From Lama guanicoe (Eukaryota): a stretch of 64,000 bases of DNA. Below, in pieces: positions 38,908 to 52,442 of the stretch. The translations under genes and the position numbers were made by a program. How positions within the stretch are numbered: the stretch's first letter is position 1; the number at the start of each line of letters is the position of its first letter. The notes under the pieces are model-generated. The model was not told the DNA's origin, did not search any database, and saw only the letters and a program-made list of their open reading frames with translations. Location: positions 3,548,524 through 3,612,523 of the forward strand of contig MU053873.1 in assembly GCA_013239625.1 (NCBI GenBank), given 5' to 3'.

Positions 38908-39320
38908 CAGCACTGTCCCATACAGGAGCTGCTGGTCACATGTGGCCACTGGGCCCTTGCAATCTGGTGAGCGACAGCTGAGATGTGCCGTGGGTTCAAA
39001 ATACACACGGGATTCCCAACACCTTGAGTGGAAAAAAGAATGTAAAATATTTCGTTCATAACCTGATATTGATTACATGTTAAAATGATAGTCTTTCGGG
39101 TCTATTAGGTTCAACAGAATACACTGTTGTTTTTTATTAAATCGAAGTATAGTCAGTTACAATGTGTCAATTTCTGGGGTCCAGCCTAGTGCAGCATACA
39201 CTGTGAAAATGAATTTCACTTGTTTCTTTTTATTGTCCTTACGTGGCTACTGGAACGTTAAAACTGCATGTATGTCTTGAGTTTGCAGCTTGCGTTGTAT
39301 TTCTGTTGCACAGCGCTGAT
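38908..39320. mobile_element. MER3/MER33-like DNA transposon interrupted by a 68-bp antisense L1 tail (39128-39195)
   Basis: Ends cagcactgtccca ... ttgcacagcgctg; the insert is flanked by ATACACTGT at 39119-39127 and 39196-39204. Confidence 0.7.
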
Positions 39321-41790
39321 GTCGATCAAATAATTACTAGCTGTCACCAGCAGAGGGGCAGGAGACGGGGAAGCTTCTGCTTTGCTTCCTTCCTTCCTTC
39401 CTTCCCTCATCCCTTCACTCCCTCACTGGAAACTTACTGAGCGCTTACTACATGCCGGGCCCTCTGCTAGGAACTGTCTCCACAATCTGATCTCCACAAC
39501 CCTATGAGGTAGGATTAACTTCATGAAATGAAATATTAACCTCGCTGAAGATGAGGAAACCAAGGCACAGAGGCGTGAAGCGGCTTCCCCAGAGGGGAGG
39601 ACCAGACTCCAGAACCCACGTCCATGACCCTCTCCTCCTTTCGGAATTTCTTCCCATGATAATGTATTCCCAGCGCCACTTGGATAATTGGAACCACACA
39701 AGATAGAAAATTTATAAACAAAGCAAGCCATTAAATTAAAGGCTCCCTGCTCCTCCCATTAAAAAGATTCCAAAGACAAGAGTACAGGGGAGCCTCAGCC
39801 TGAGGACGGGGAGACGGGCACACCTGACACCACCTCCCTGATCGGCCCGGAAAGATCCCTGAACTGCACCCTGGGGCAGAACCTTCACGCCCGGTGTACT
39901 GATATTTCACTGCAGGCACACAGCTATGCTTTTTGTCAGCTCTGGGAGGATTTTACTATTTGGAATAGGCGAGATGTTGGGGTGTGGGGTGGAATTGAGG
40001 CAAATCCACAAAAAATGGGGGAAATGCCACTGAGGAGGCAGCAGGTGGCGCTGCTGCACAGGGCTGGGAGCACAGTGGCTCCTGGGCCTTTCCCAGGAGG
40101 AGGAGCCTCAGTACCTCTGGGAGACAGGAGGGGGCGATGCCAGGACAGGGGGGAGATGCCACGTCCCAGTGCCACCCAAGGTCTCACCTAGCTCCCTATC
40201 AGAGCTGGGAGGATGCAGCCTCAGAGGGAGAAGGGGAGTCCCAGAGTCACACAGGGACAGCAAACAACCCAGGCCCAGGCTTCCAGACTCGCAGTCCAGT
40301 GCTCCCGCAGGAGCAGTCTAGTGAGATTCAAGTAAGCTTATCAACTAAACACAAATCACAGAGCTGCAAAGAAAACAAAAAGCCTCCAAAACAAAAAGGT
40401 ACTGCAAGAAACCTATACTTCCCTTTCTCTTTTTCTTACCCATTTCCAATTCCATCAGCCTCCACCCAAATTTAGTATCAATGGCTGCTATGGGTCATAA
40501 TCCAGCAGAGGGATGTGACTGCTCCTGACTAAGGCGGGTCGGGGGGGAGAGGGAAGAGGAGGGGAGACATGCGTTTGAGTCCAGCTCAGCCACCGGCACA
40601 CCGTATCCCCGGGCATGACACCCACAGATGAGAAAACTGAGTCACACAGTGACACAACTGCTGAGTGGCCATGCTGGGCTGACCCGGGAACCTCTGTTTC
40701 AAAAGACCATGTGATCCTGCAGCCCGTGGAGGGGGAAGGCGTGAGCTGAGAACACGACAGGTCCACCCCGGGGGTCCACAACGCTGCTACTGTGTTCAAT
40801 CCCACCCAAGGGCGAGAAGAAAATTGTATTAAAAAAATGAACAGGTACAACGTATCAGGCTCCCCCTGTGTGCCTGGAAATATGCCAATGGCTGCACAGG
40901 TTACCTTCCTGACAGCCCCATGCGTCTCAGTCTTTGCCTCTGCAAGATGGGGTGATGGGGTTAAATGTTGTCTCAGTGCTTACAACAGTGCTTGGCCCAT
41001 CCACTCAATAAATCCTGGCTGTTTTTACAAGCATCATTCTCTGTCTATGGAGGAGGAGTGTGGAATCTGGCAAACATAAATAATTTACCCAGGACCCCAT
41101 GGCCAGTTAGGGTGGGGCTGGAATTCAGACCCACCTGTCTCCTGATCCAGGTGACTCTCAGTAATCTTCAGGCACCGAGTCATAATTTCCCTCCCAGTCA
41201 GGGGCTGGGACCTGAGGCGCCCCACAAGCTACTAATCAGGGTGATGTTAAATCAGACATGGCTTATAAAGCAACGTGTATCGTATGCTCCTGTATCGGTA
41301 AACACACTCTATATACAGAAATCAGTCTAGAAAAACTTACAACAAAAGACATTAATGAAAGTTGTAACTATGTGCTGGGGTTAGAGGTGGTTTTCATTTT
41401 CTTTGTAATTTTGTTTCATGACGGTAAAGCACATGTAACATGAATCTGACCGGCACCCTCCCAGAGCCGGGCAACCATCACCACCCTGTGGTCTAGAACA
41501 TCTCCATCACCCGAAAAGGAAACCTGGTACCTGTTGAGCAGTCAGTCCCCATTCCTCCAGCCCCTGGCAACCACGAATATGCTTTCTCTCTGCATTTGCC
41601 TATTCTGGGAATTTCATATGTCATTTTTTAAAAATAATTTTTTGGTACTTTGTAAAAATTTCTGTTTTTACAAAAAGAACGGTTTACTCTTCCAGGTACA
41701 GACAAAACAGGTTCAACTTAGTCACATGGAAATCAGGAGGGGGGTGGGCCACACTGACTCCCACCCGGAGGCCCCGCCCCGCACACCCTA

Positions 41791-42225
<435 letters not shown>

Positions 42226-44284
42226 CTATCTTCAATGCTCCCAGGACTTATCAGTCTGGTTGGGGTACTCCCCCACCCGTCCCCTGTCCCCGGCTTCCCC
42301 CGTCAGCATCACCCAGCACAGTTTCCATGGGGCACTGAACTTGTGCCCGGGGTCGACCAAGCTGTTTGCGTATCGCCTCGCTGAGCTGCGGTGCCATGGC
42401 AATCCCCATTTTACAGTTGAGGACGTTGAGGTTTAGAGAGGTGAAGTGACATGCCCGAAATCAAACAGCCAGTAAATGGGGAGGTGGAACTTAAACCTGG
42501 ACAGGGGGCTTGGAGTGCAAGCCTGGGTCCCTGGTTCTGTCACCACCTGTCAGTTACTGGTCCCTGGGCTCTAGGAGAGGATCCTGGTATCCATGGCACT
42601 GGCCGCAGGGCCCAGCCTGGTGCCTGGCAGCAGCAGATCTCCATCAAATGACCAAACCGCTGGCTTCCCCAATTTGTTCACTTGGAAACTAAAAGCCCGT
42701 TCCTGGTGACTGACTACTGAACCGGCCACCGCTTGGGCCCCTGTGTTATTGACTAGGGAGCAGCTGGAGTGCTCAAGGCAGAACCCAAACTCCCACCCTT
42801 TGGGTGGCCATTGGCACAAGAGCGATTAAATGGCTTTCACTTCTGAGCTTTGAAGGATGTTCCCAGCCACCATCTCTTGAAGACTTGGGGCCAGTGGATG
42901 AGGAATGTGGAGGCAACAGGAGGGGATGGGGGTGGGGGTGAGAGCAACTTTGCCCCAATTCCAGAAAAACCAATAGGATTATCCACTTGAGTATCCGTTT
43001 GAGGTCAGGAGGATATTCTGCTGGAATATGCTTCAAGTGTGCATCTCCTGCTCAAAAACCTTCGATGGCTCCCTATGGTCCTCCTGCTAAGATCCAACAC
43101 CCCTACAACTGAGCCCCAAATTTCCTGTCCAGTCCCATCTCCCACCCCTGCCCCCAAATGGGTCCTCCATCCCACCTACCCTGAACTACCCACCGCATCC
43201 CATGCAGTCCTCACAATTCCAGCCTCTGGCTTTGTTTGTGCTGTCCCCCCTTCCTCTCCATCCTTCCCCTCCGAAGCCACAGCAACAGCCCACAGACAGT
43301 GGTCTCGCCTTCCCCTCAACTCCTCCTGCCCACTCTGGACTCGTTGTACCAGGTAAAGTTGATGTATAAGTTATTTACACAACAGACATTTACTGAGCAC
43401 CTACTATGTGCCAGGCACTGGGGAACCGGGAGTGCAGGTCACAACAAAGACAAAGCCCCTAAGATTCTGTGACTCGGTGGAGGCACCCTTTAAGATCGGC
43501 CGCTCCATCATCTTTGCTCTTCAGCCAGAGCCTGCCTGGCACCCAGTAGGTGCTTAGTGGAGGCGGGCTGACTGTCCCTTCCTCCCAGGTAAGGGGGGCA
43601 CCCCTCTTTGCAGCTTCAACGGAATCATCCTTAGTGGAGCAAGTATAAGTGGTCCCGCAGAATGAGCATGCGCCTCGGGGAGAAAGCTTTGCTGTGTGAC
43701 CTCAGGGCTTTTGTCTCCCTCTCTGAGGCTGGTGGCAAGGATTCAATGAGGAAATGATCATCACCCCAAGGGCATGTTTGCAGCGAGAGGATCCATGTGA
43801 CAGCTCCCAGGGCCTGGCATTCAGGAAACACCCAATAAATGCCCACCCCCTTCCCCATTCTCTTTCTCTCACCTTTTGGGGACAGTTGCATACCCCATGA
43901 GGTCCGGGAGGATGCTGTGGGCAAGGTGTGCAAGGACCCCCAAGAATCAGAATAAACCCCTCAGTCACCTTGGGTAAATGGTCACACTCACACGCCCTCA
44001 TTTCACTGCCTGTAGATTCCTTTTCTTGTTCTGGTTACCAAAATCACACATGCACATTGTAAAATGTTTAGAAATTACAGAAAAACACAAATAACATTTT
44101 CAAATCACCCATCATCCAGTGACCATATTCTGGCATAATCCTGCCCAGAATTTCCTCTGGATCAATTCATCCAGACCACCATTGTTAACGGTTGAAGACT
44201 ATTCCACTGCCTGGACGCAGCACTGTTCGTTTAACCAATCCCCAAGTGTCGGGGCATTTAGGCTGCAGATGATTATTCACCGTT

Positions 44285-44428
44285 TAAAAATTTTTTTTCC
44301 TTTTATTCTGAAGGGGGGGAGGTATTAATTAATTAATTCATTTATTTAGCGGAGGTACCGGGGATTGAACCCAGGACCACATGCATGCTAAGCATGTGCT
44401 CTACCACTGAGCTATCCCCTCCCTCCCT
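44285..44428 (-). mobile_element. tRNA-derived SINE (Vic-1-like)
   Basis: Reverse strand GATAGCTCAGTGGTAGAGCACATGCTTAGCATGC...GGGTTCAATCCCC. Confidence 0.85.
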
Positions 44429-46150
44429 TGTTCACTGTTACAGTCAACAATACGATGAGCATCCTTGGGGCTCGAGTGACACATCTCTGCTTGTGCCCCA
44501 CAAGAGAGCTCCCTTGGCAGAGAATCACACGGTTGAGGGGTAGCGTGTGTTAAAGGCTTTGGCTCCCGATGAGGGAGTGAGCCTTAGGACGGTCGTGCAA
44601 CCTGCAAGCCCACGGTAGTGCGCGGGGCTGGCTGTTGGCATACTTGAGGGATGAAGTCAGTCCCCAGCTGGGGAACCTTGGATGTTTTCGCCTTGAAAGG
44701 TCGCCTGACATGCTCAGATGCCTGCCCCCCTTACGAGAATCGCCCCCTGAGACCCAGGAGTGGAAGTGGTCCTCTGAGTTCGCTCCCAGCTGCTTATTGT
44801 TTTCAAAGATGTCACAGAATCAGTCACTCCCTAACTCAGTCCTCCACTTGGGTCAGAGCTGAGGGCCAGGGGTCAGGGCCTGGGGGGTTGCTTCCAGTGG
44901 CCTCGATGTCCTTGTCCCCAGCCTTGTCCTCAGCCGCGAGCTGGGTGCTGAGCCTGTGGCCTGGGTGCTGAGCCCAGCAGGAGGCAGAGGGGTGACTGCT
45001 CAGGGACAGCTTACAGCCCGGGGTGTGGAGGCGGAGGGTTGCTGTCTCTGCCCCAGCTGGGTGGCCTGGCCAAGGGACCCCACCCACTCAGGTCTCAGTT
45101 TCCTCAATGGAAAAAACAAGGCTTGTTTTGAGGCTTCAAGGAGATAATCCCTGGAAAGCACTGAGCTTGGAGCCTCGCACGTCACGTCACAGGTGCTCAG
45201 GAGACAGGAGCCGGTGTGATCAGAGCTACGTGCACGGCCCTCCCCAGAATCGGGCAGGAGAAGGACCCCGGGCAAAGTGTGATTCTTCTTGGGCCCTCAG
45301 AACCCTCAAGAGACAGGGCTCTCTCAGGGCTGAGTGACGGCGGAAGGGATCTGCAGGTGGGGCCTCTGGAAATCAGAACGGCAAGTCCTGTAGGATGCCG
45401 AGTGCAGAATCAGGGCGGGAGGCGGGGGAAGGCTTCCTGACCTCCTTTGGACGGCTCTGGGTGGCAGGGGGCGGGTAGACAGACGGTGCTCGGCAAAAAC
45501 ACACTGGCTTCCATGCATTCCCAGTCGTGGGCCCTCCTGCAGAGGTTTAAGGATTCATGCTTAGGGATCTGGAATCCCTGGTGGCTTGTCCCTCCACCGC
45601 CTATGGCCAGACTCGGGGTGTGGAGGGCAGCATTCTTCTAAAGACTTTCTGAAAGTCAGGTTTTTAAATTATCTATAAGGCAAGGTGTTCTTCCAATTTA
45701 GTGTCGCCTGGCAGGCTGCTATAAAAGCCCTCGCTGTCTGCAGGCCAGTAGGTGTCTGCAAGGTAGTCTGAAAACACACGAAGGACTAAAGAGAAGAGCT
45801 GTCTGAGGAACACCTGTCCAAGTTAGTCCCCCATCGGGTCACACGCTGGTTCTTGACTTGCACCCTTGACAGAGATCAACCACCCACAGTCCAAATTTCA
45901 GTTGTCAGTTGTCTCATGAAGTCATCACATCTTAAACATGTAGCTCTCCAAGGACCCTTGAGTCCATTCAGTTGAACTTTTTAAGATGATAAACTTTTTC
46001 AGATGATAAGCTGTGGCTCAGGGACAGGGACAGCTCACGGTGAGTGAGAGGCAGAGCCGGGGGGACTAGAACCCAGCTTTCTGGGCCCCTACCTCAGGGC
46101 TCCTTCAGCTTCCCCCACATTTTCCAGGATGCTTCAAGAGACTCAGATGA

Positions 46151-46299
46151 GGAGTGGGGAAGGTATAGTTCAAGTGGTAGAGCACATGCGTAGCACGCAT
46201 AAGGTCCTGGGTTCAATCCCCAGTACCTCTGTTAAAAAAAATAATTAAATAAATAAACTTAATTGCCCCCCTCAAAATTTTTTTTAAGAAATTAAAAAA
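46151..46299 (+). mobile_element. tRNA-derived SINE (Vic-1-like) with a perfect 15-bp target-site duplication
   Basis: AAGAGACTCAGATGA at both 46136-46150 and 46300-46314; A and B boxes; A-rich tail. Confidence 0.9.
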
Positions 46300-47189
46300 A
46301 AGAGACTCAGATGACGAAATGCATATTAAAATGCTCTTTAAAAGCCTCGGGATCTTGGCAGGTTTAAAAACCGCTTGCTGGGACTAGCTCACCAAGCCCC
46401 AAGCTGGTGGTGGGTGGAAATTCCGGGCTGTCGTCTTGCAGGTAAACATGACTGCCTCACACCAGGACCTACGATGGACAGCTCTGTGACACCCAGGCTG
46501 GGGAGACCAGGCTAACAGATGCCTCCGAGGGACGTGCTTAAGCTAGCTGCAACACATGGTCCCGAAATTTAAAACGTGCATAACCTCAACTCAGCAATTT
46601 CAGTTCCAGAAATTTATCTCAAGAAAATCCTTGGACATGCTCACCAAGATCTACAAACACGGACACTTCCTCCCAGGAGAGCAAATACTGCAAAATATTA
46701 GAAATATCATTGCAAAATAATAGAAATGACCAATAAGACAGGGACTGGTGAAACACAAGATGGTCTATCCACACGATGGAAAATAAATGCAGCCCAGGAA
46801 AATGATGGTCGGAAGGAGCATTCACTGTCGCAGAAAGATGTCTGCCCTATATGAGCAAACGTTAAAAAAGAAAAAGAAGAAAAACAACGTAACAGCATGT
46901 GTGCTAACGATGCCAGCTTTGTAAAAACAAACATGTAAGCGCACGTTGAGAATAAGCAAAGGAAATCTCCGGACGCTTCCACAGCAGAACGGTTACCAGT
47001 GGCACTGACCTGTGATGAGCAAACAGGCTGTCTTTCTATTACTGATGACGATTTTTACTTAGTTTCCAACACTTGCGATTTTCTATTCCCATATCATCCG
47101 ATGATACAATTAAATAAGAGTAGTTAAATCATACCTCCAACACTGTCATGCGGTCCACATCGTGAACTAAAGAAAAGATCAGAAGGGGG

Positions 47190-47365
47190 CCCTTTATTTG
47201 CTTCATGGGCCACAGGGTCTCCGTCTTTGCCTTTGCCACTGTCACCACTGGAGCAGCGCAGATGATGCGGTGTCCCAGTAAACGCATGACTGTGTTCCAA
47301 TAAAACTTTATTGACAAAACAGGTGGCAGGCTGGACTTGGCCCATGAGGGGTTGGCGGATCCCTT
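47190..47365. mobile_element. MER58-like DNA transposon
   Basis: catgactgtgttccaataaaactttattgacaaaacaggtggcaggctggacttggccc. Confidence 0.65.
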
Positions 47366-48399
47366 CAGACGGTCAGCGGCACAAAAATGGGGACTATTTC
47401 ACCCACGGCTGCCCCCCCCATGCCAGGCTTATAGTACTTGTTGAATAAATATTTTTTTGGAGGAATATGTTTCTGAAAATAACTTTTTCTGCAGTCAGTA
47501 GGTGTGAGCTCCTTAACCAGAAAAGGCCATGTTGTCGGGGGGGGGGCGGGGAAAAGAGAAAAGCTTAACGCCTGTGAGTATTCTGGGGTGTCTGACACAT
47601 CCGCCCAGGAAGGAGGCCTGAGTCAGGACGGCGCTGGGTGGCCCACAGCTGACGGGGCAATTCCGAGCAATCCGAGCCATGCGCCCCCTCCCCCCTGCAA
47701 CTGGACACCCTCAGCTGTGCAGGGAGCTCCGTGGTCACGGGGCCCAGGCTGGCCTCGGGGACACTTGCTGTGTCCCAGTGCCCCTGGGGCCTGGTGGCAC
47801 CTCCCTGCCTGTGCCCGGATCAGACTTACACCACAGCCCAGCAACAATATCAGGGGTTACCATGATCGTAAGCGCTGATGATCATTATGACCGTTCACTC
47901 TGCCATCTTAATGCTCTCGGTGACTTAGCGGTCAGGGATGGCAGGTCTCAGTGGCCCTCTGCTGCTTGACCGCTCACTCTGCCGCTGGCTAGTGTCTGGA
48001 GTTCTCCACGCCGGCCTGTGTGAGCCGCCTGCTGTTTCCCGGGGAGGAGGGTTCGGTTCGTTCCCCTTTAAACGAGTGCCCGTTTGGAGTGTTCACACCC
48101 CTGCTGGGTTCGCCCACCTGACAGATGATGAAATGATGCTGTTCAAGTCTTGAATAAAATCCATTTTCATAAACACTCCATGGAGAAGCTAGCAGTGCCG
48201 GGGGATTCTCAACATAAAGCACAAATTTTTAGGTTGCAGATGGGAAATTAACCTACCCTGAGGCTCTGACAGGTTGGAGGTGGGAATGACTCTGAGATGA
48301 GGCGGACCAGGCAAATCCAACTCTGCCTTTTGCTAGCTGGGAGCGAATCTCTCAAAAACCTCACTTTTCCCATCTGTAAAATGGGAATGGGGAGGGTGC

Positions 48400-48473
48400 T
48401 TGGGGCATTGGGGGGATTCTGTAAGATGTCTGGTGATTGGGGCATTGGGGGGATTCTGTAAGATGTCTGGTGA
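48400..48473. repeat. Perfect 37-bp tandem duplication
   Basis: ttggggcattggggggattctgtaagatgtctggtga at 48400-48436 and 48437-48473. Confidence 0.95.
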
Positions 48474-49512
48474 GAGCTGCACACACCTGGCACGCGGTAA
48501 GTGTGGAATAGATTCCAGTTGACCTGATGGCAATGATGTCTGCTGGCTTAGTTCCCAGAACACATTATTTAAACAAACACTCTAACAATGTGCTACCGGG
48601 CCCTACGGAGGCCTGACAGCCCTGTCATTCAGCTGAGAGCAAAGGGGCTTCCTTAACCAGACCCCTTGGGACCTCCCTCAATCAGGACATGAGCTGGCTG
48701 CTCCCCCTCGACCACCGAGTGACCTGCCTGGCAGACCTGCCACCCTCCAGGGCCAAACCAGGCATGCAGGCTGCAAAATGATAGCTCTGGCTGAGACGTG
48801 CCGTCCCCAAGGGGCAAGTGTGTCACCCAAAGTGACGGGAACACACGCGGGCAGCTGGTCCTCAGGAGGCCTGTCTGGTTCTGGCTGGGAGTGCCCTGCA
48901 GGGCTCCGGGAAGGGCCGCCGCCTCCGAGTCTATAAACAGAAAGGACAGCTGGGCAGGGGGCTCAGGCTCCAGAAGCCCAGCGGCCACCCTGGGGCCTGC
49001 GCTCTGGGTGTCAGGGGTGGGCGAGGAGGCAGTAAGAATGGTGACAATTGGGAACACGTGAGGAGCACCGACCATGCACCTGGCATCACATCAAACTCCT
49101 TACGTGCACTGTCAAGGTTAATTGCTAGAGGAGTTGCTTTTAATACGCCCATTTCACAGATGAATAGGAACAACAATAAGAGACACGGATGCGGCCCTAC
49201 TGCTTGCCAAGCTGCCGCGATTAGCCCTATCCCACAGCCTAAGAGGCAGGTGCTGTTATTAACCCCACTTTTCAGATGAGAAGACCAAAGCACAGAGAGG
49301 TGAAGCTAGCTGCCCGAGGCCTCAGGAGTGAGTGGAGGAGCCCAAGTCAAACCCAGGCGGCTCCGAGTCTACGGCCAGTTATGCCCCAGGCCACCAGCCC
49401 CTGCTGTCCTCCCAACCCAGGAGATGCCCCTCAGGGAGACGCTGGTACACTTGGTCAGCCGCTGGCCAGTGCTAGCCCCAGGTCTGCTTGTAATGTGTCC
49501 TTAAAACACAGC

Positions 49513-50320
49513 TCAGAAATGCAAATCCAAACTACAATGAGGTATCACCTCACACTGGTCGGAATGGCCATCATTAAAAAGGCTATAATCGGTAAATGCT
49601 GGAGAGGGCATGGAGAAAAGGGAACCCTCCTGCCCGTTGGTGGAAATGCAATTTGGTGCAGCAACTATGAAGAGCAATGTGGAGATTCCTCCAAAAACTA
49701 AAAACAGAGCTACCATATGATCCAGCAATCCCACTCCAGGGCATCTACCTGGAGAAAACTCTAATTCAAAAAGATACATGCACCCCAGTGTTCACAGTGG
49801 TACTATTTACAATAGCCAAGACATGGAAGCAACCTAAATGTTCATCAACAGATGACTGGATAAAGAAGTTGTGGTATATTTATACAATGGAATACTACTC
49901 AGCCATAAAAAAGAACGAAACAATGCCATTTGCAGCCATGTGGATGGACCTGGAGATTGCCATACTAAGTGAAGTAAGTCAGACAAAGACAAATATCGTA
50001 TGATATCAGTTATATGTGGAATCTAAAAAAATGACAGAAATGAACTTATTTACAAACAGATTCACAGATACAGAAAACAAATTTATGGTTACCAAAGGGG
50101 GAGGGGGAGGAGGGATAAATTAGGAGTTTGGAATTAGCAAATACAAACTACTATATATAAAATAGAGGAACAACAAGGTTCTACTTTATAGCACAGGAAA
50201 CTATATTCAATAGCTTGTAATAACCTATAATGAAAAAGAATATATATATGTTTGTATAACTGAATCACTATGCTGTACATCAGAAACTAACACAACACTG
50301 TAAATCAATTATATTTCAAT
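49513..50320 (+). mobile_element. 5'-truncated LINE-1 with ORF2 C-terminal remnant and 3'UTR
   Basis: Peptides [31 protein letters not shown] and WKQPKCSSTDDWIKKLWYIYTMEYYSAIKKNE; TSD AAAACACAGC at 49503-49512 and 50321-50330. Confidence 0.95.
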
Positions 50321-51909
50321 AAAACACAGCCACATACAGCTCAGGCATTGGTTCCTCCAAGATGGCCTCCACCTGCAGCGGGCCTGGGTCTCTCCTTGGG
50401 GCCCCTGAGAGCCCCCTGTGCGCAGCCCACCCTACAACTTGTCCTGGGTTGTGCTGACTGTCTGCTGGACGGTCTCCTCCAGACTGTGAGCTCCCCGAGG
50501 GCAGGCCCGGGGGTCTGCTCACCCTCAAACCCCAGCGCCAAGGTAAGAGACGGCCACAGTGGTCAGGGGAGCCACTGCTCATGGACAGACGTATGAACGA
50601 AGGAATCGGTGAATGAACGACCCGCAGAGGATCCCGGCCCCCTCTCTCGCGCTGATGAACCATATAACTCTCTACTCAAAGTCTCTCGATATATCCCAGG
50701 ACTGTCTATGTTCTTATGTGCCCTTAAATTTTAATCTTCGTTACTTTTTAAAAATAGATCTTTTTTCTGCAACACCATGTTCGGAGTGCTGACAAACCAG
50801 GAAAGTGGACTGGTGACTGCGATTTATTTTTTCTTAAGGTGCAAGATAGGAGAGAGTGCTCCAGGAAGGGAAGACAATCCCCTTAAATAACCAGGAACCT
50901 TTGCGTGTGTGTTGGGGGGAGGGGCATAGAACTTTCTAGAAGTCCTGAGGTCCTTTCACATGGGAACAGACAATTTCAATTTTCCTTTTCAGTCTGAAGT
51001 TCTACTGAGACAAGGCCTACAGTTCCAAAGGTGAGATGAGCCAAGGGGAAAGGCAATTTGGGATTTTTAAATGTGTTTTTATATTTTAAAATTAGGGAAC
51101 AACTGTGACCCAGAATACTGTTTAATTATTGAAAGGAAGGAGGCAATTGCACATGCACTGATACGCAATGACTTTTAAGACACATTGTCAAGTGAATAAG
51201 GCAAGGCTGGAAAAAAACAGGAGCGGACTGCCATGGGGGGAGGAGAAATTGCACACGTAAATATTTGAAAATGCACAGAATATGTGAGAAGGACACAGGA
51301 AAGCTGTAATAACACTTGTGTCTGGGAGGGGAACTGAGTGACAGGGGAGGGTGGGGAAAAGGCGGACATCTTTTTTCAATTCTACCTCTTTTTGTATTCT
51401 GTAACATTCGCCGTTAGTAATTTTTAAAAAATACACGTTGAAAATGTACCATCTATATAAATACACCCCTCTTTGATGTCTCCTAGCATCTCCTCTTCAT
51501 AGACTCTGCTCCCACCCACCCTGACTTGGCTCCTCTTGGAGGGATTCTTAAAACAGTCTCAGCCAAATTGGACTCTTTAAAAAAAAATTTTTTTTGAAAC
51601 ATCACACGTCAAAGCATCTCTCCCGTGTTTATTTCAGGCGAGGGCTCAACTTGTCAGGCGGCAGAATTGCAGCCCTGACAAGTAAGTGTGAATCCAGGGA
51701 GAAGGCAGGGAACCGGTGTGTGTCTCCACGGTCTTCGGACCCCAGATCCTCCAGCATCCCTCCTGTCTCTGCCTTGGGACCCCAGAGCGGCTGGGATCTC
51801 CCCCTGGCAGGGTCCAGCCACCGCTGCCACCATGGTCTGCGGCAGTGAGCCCACTGCTGTGTCCCAACACTGCTCCACCCCACCTGCTTCGGGCGATTCA
51901 CCCAGCAGA

Positions 51910-52203
51910 GACACGCACGCCTGCACGCACACACACACATGCGCGCACACATATGCAAATACATCCACAAAAAGATGTACACCCAAAACACACAAATACA
52001 CACGCACATACACAGACAAATAAACACACACATGATACATACTCAAATACACAGCCACAAAAGACACATATACACACAAATGCAAAGACACAAATCACAT
52101 ACACACAGACACATATACACAAAACACAGACAATACACATTATACAATAAACACTGATAACATAAAAACACACACAAATACACACACACACACACACACA
52201 CAC
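51910..52203. repeat. Degenerate (CA)n-rich repeat ending in a pure (CA)n microsatellite
   Basis: Direct reading of the sequence. Confidence 0.9.
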
Positions 52204-52337
52204 CCAGGATGTTCACAGCAGTAGCACCAGTTTTGGTTGAGAGCGAACATAACCCAGCTGCCTTCCCATGAAGGCGTCTGTACACAGGTTTATCCCTGCA
52301 AGGGAATCTTGTGTTGCCAGTAACAACCATGAAGTCG

Positions 52338-52442
52338 AGGGGTGGGTGGTACAGCTCAGGGGGAGAGCGGGTGCTCAGCATGCATGAGGTCCTGGGTTCA
52401 ATCCCCAATACCTCTATTAAAAAAAAATCTCCATTAAAAAAA
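52338..52442 (+). mobile_element. tRNA-derived SINE (Vic-1-like)
   Basis: CAGCTCAGGGGGAGAG...GGTCCTGGGTTCAATCCCCAATACCTC followed by A tails. Confidence 0.8.

Noticed and set aside
45719..45729. TATAAAAG on the plus strand (possible antisense promoter)
   Set aside because: Isolated motif with no supporting exon structure that I can identify.
49677..50003. 108-aa ORF
   Set aside because: C-terminal remnant of LINE-1 ORF2 in a 5'-truncated copy, not a host gene.
51629..52408. Cys/Val- and His/Thr-rich ORFs
   Set aside because: Translations of (CA)n/(TG)n low-complexity DNA.
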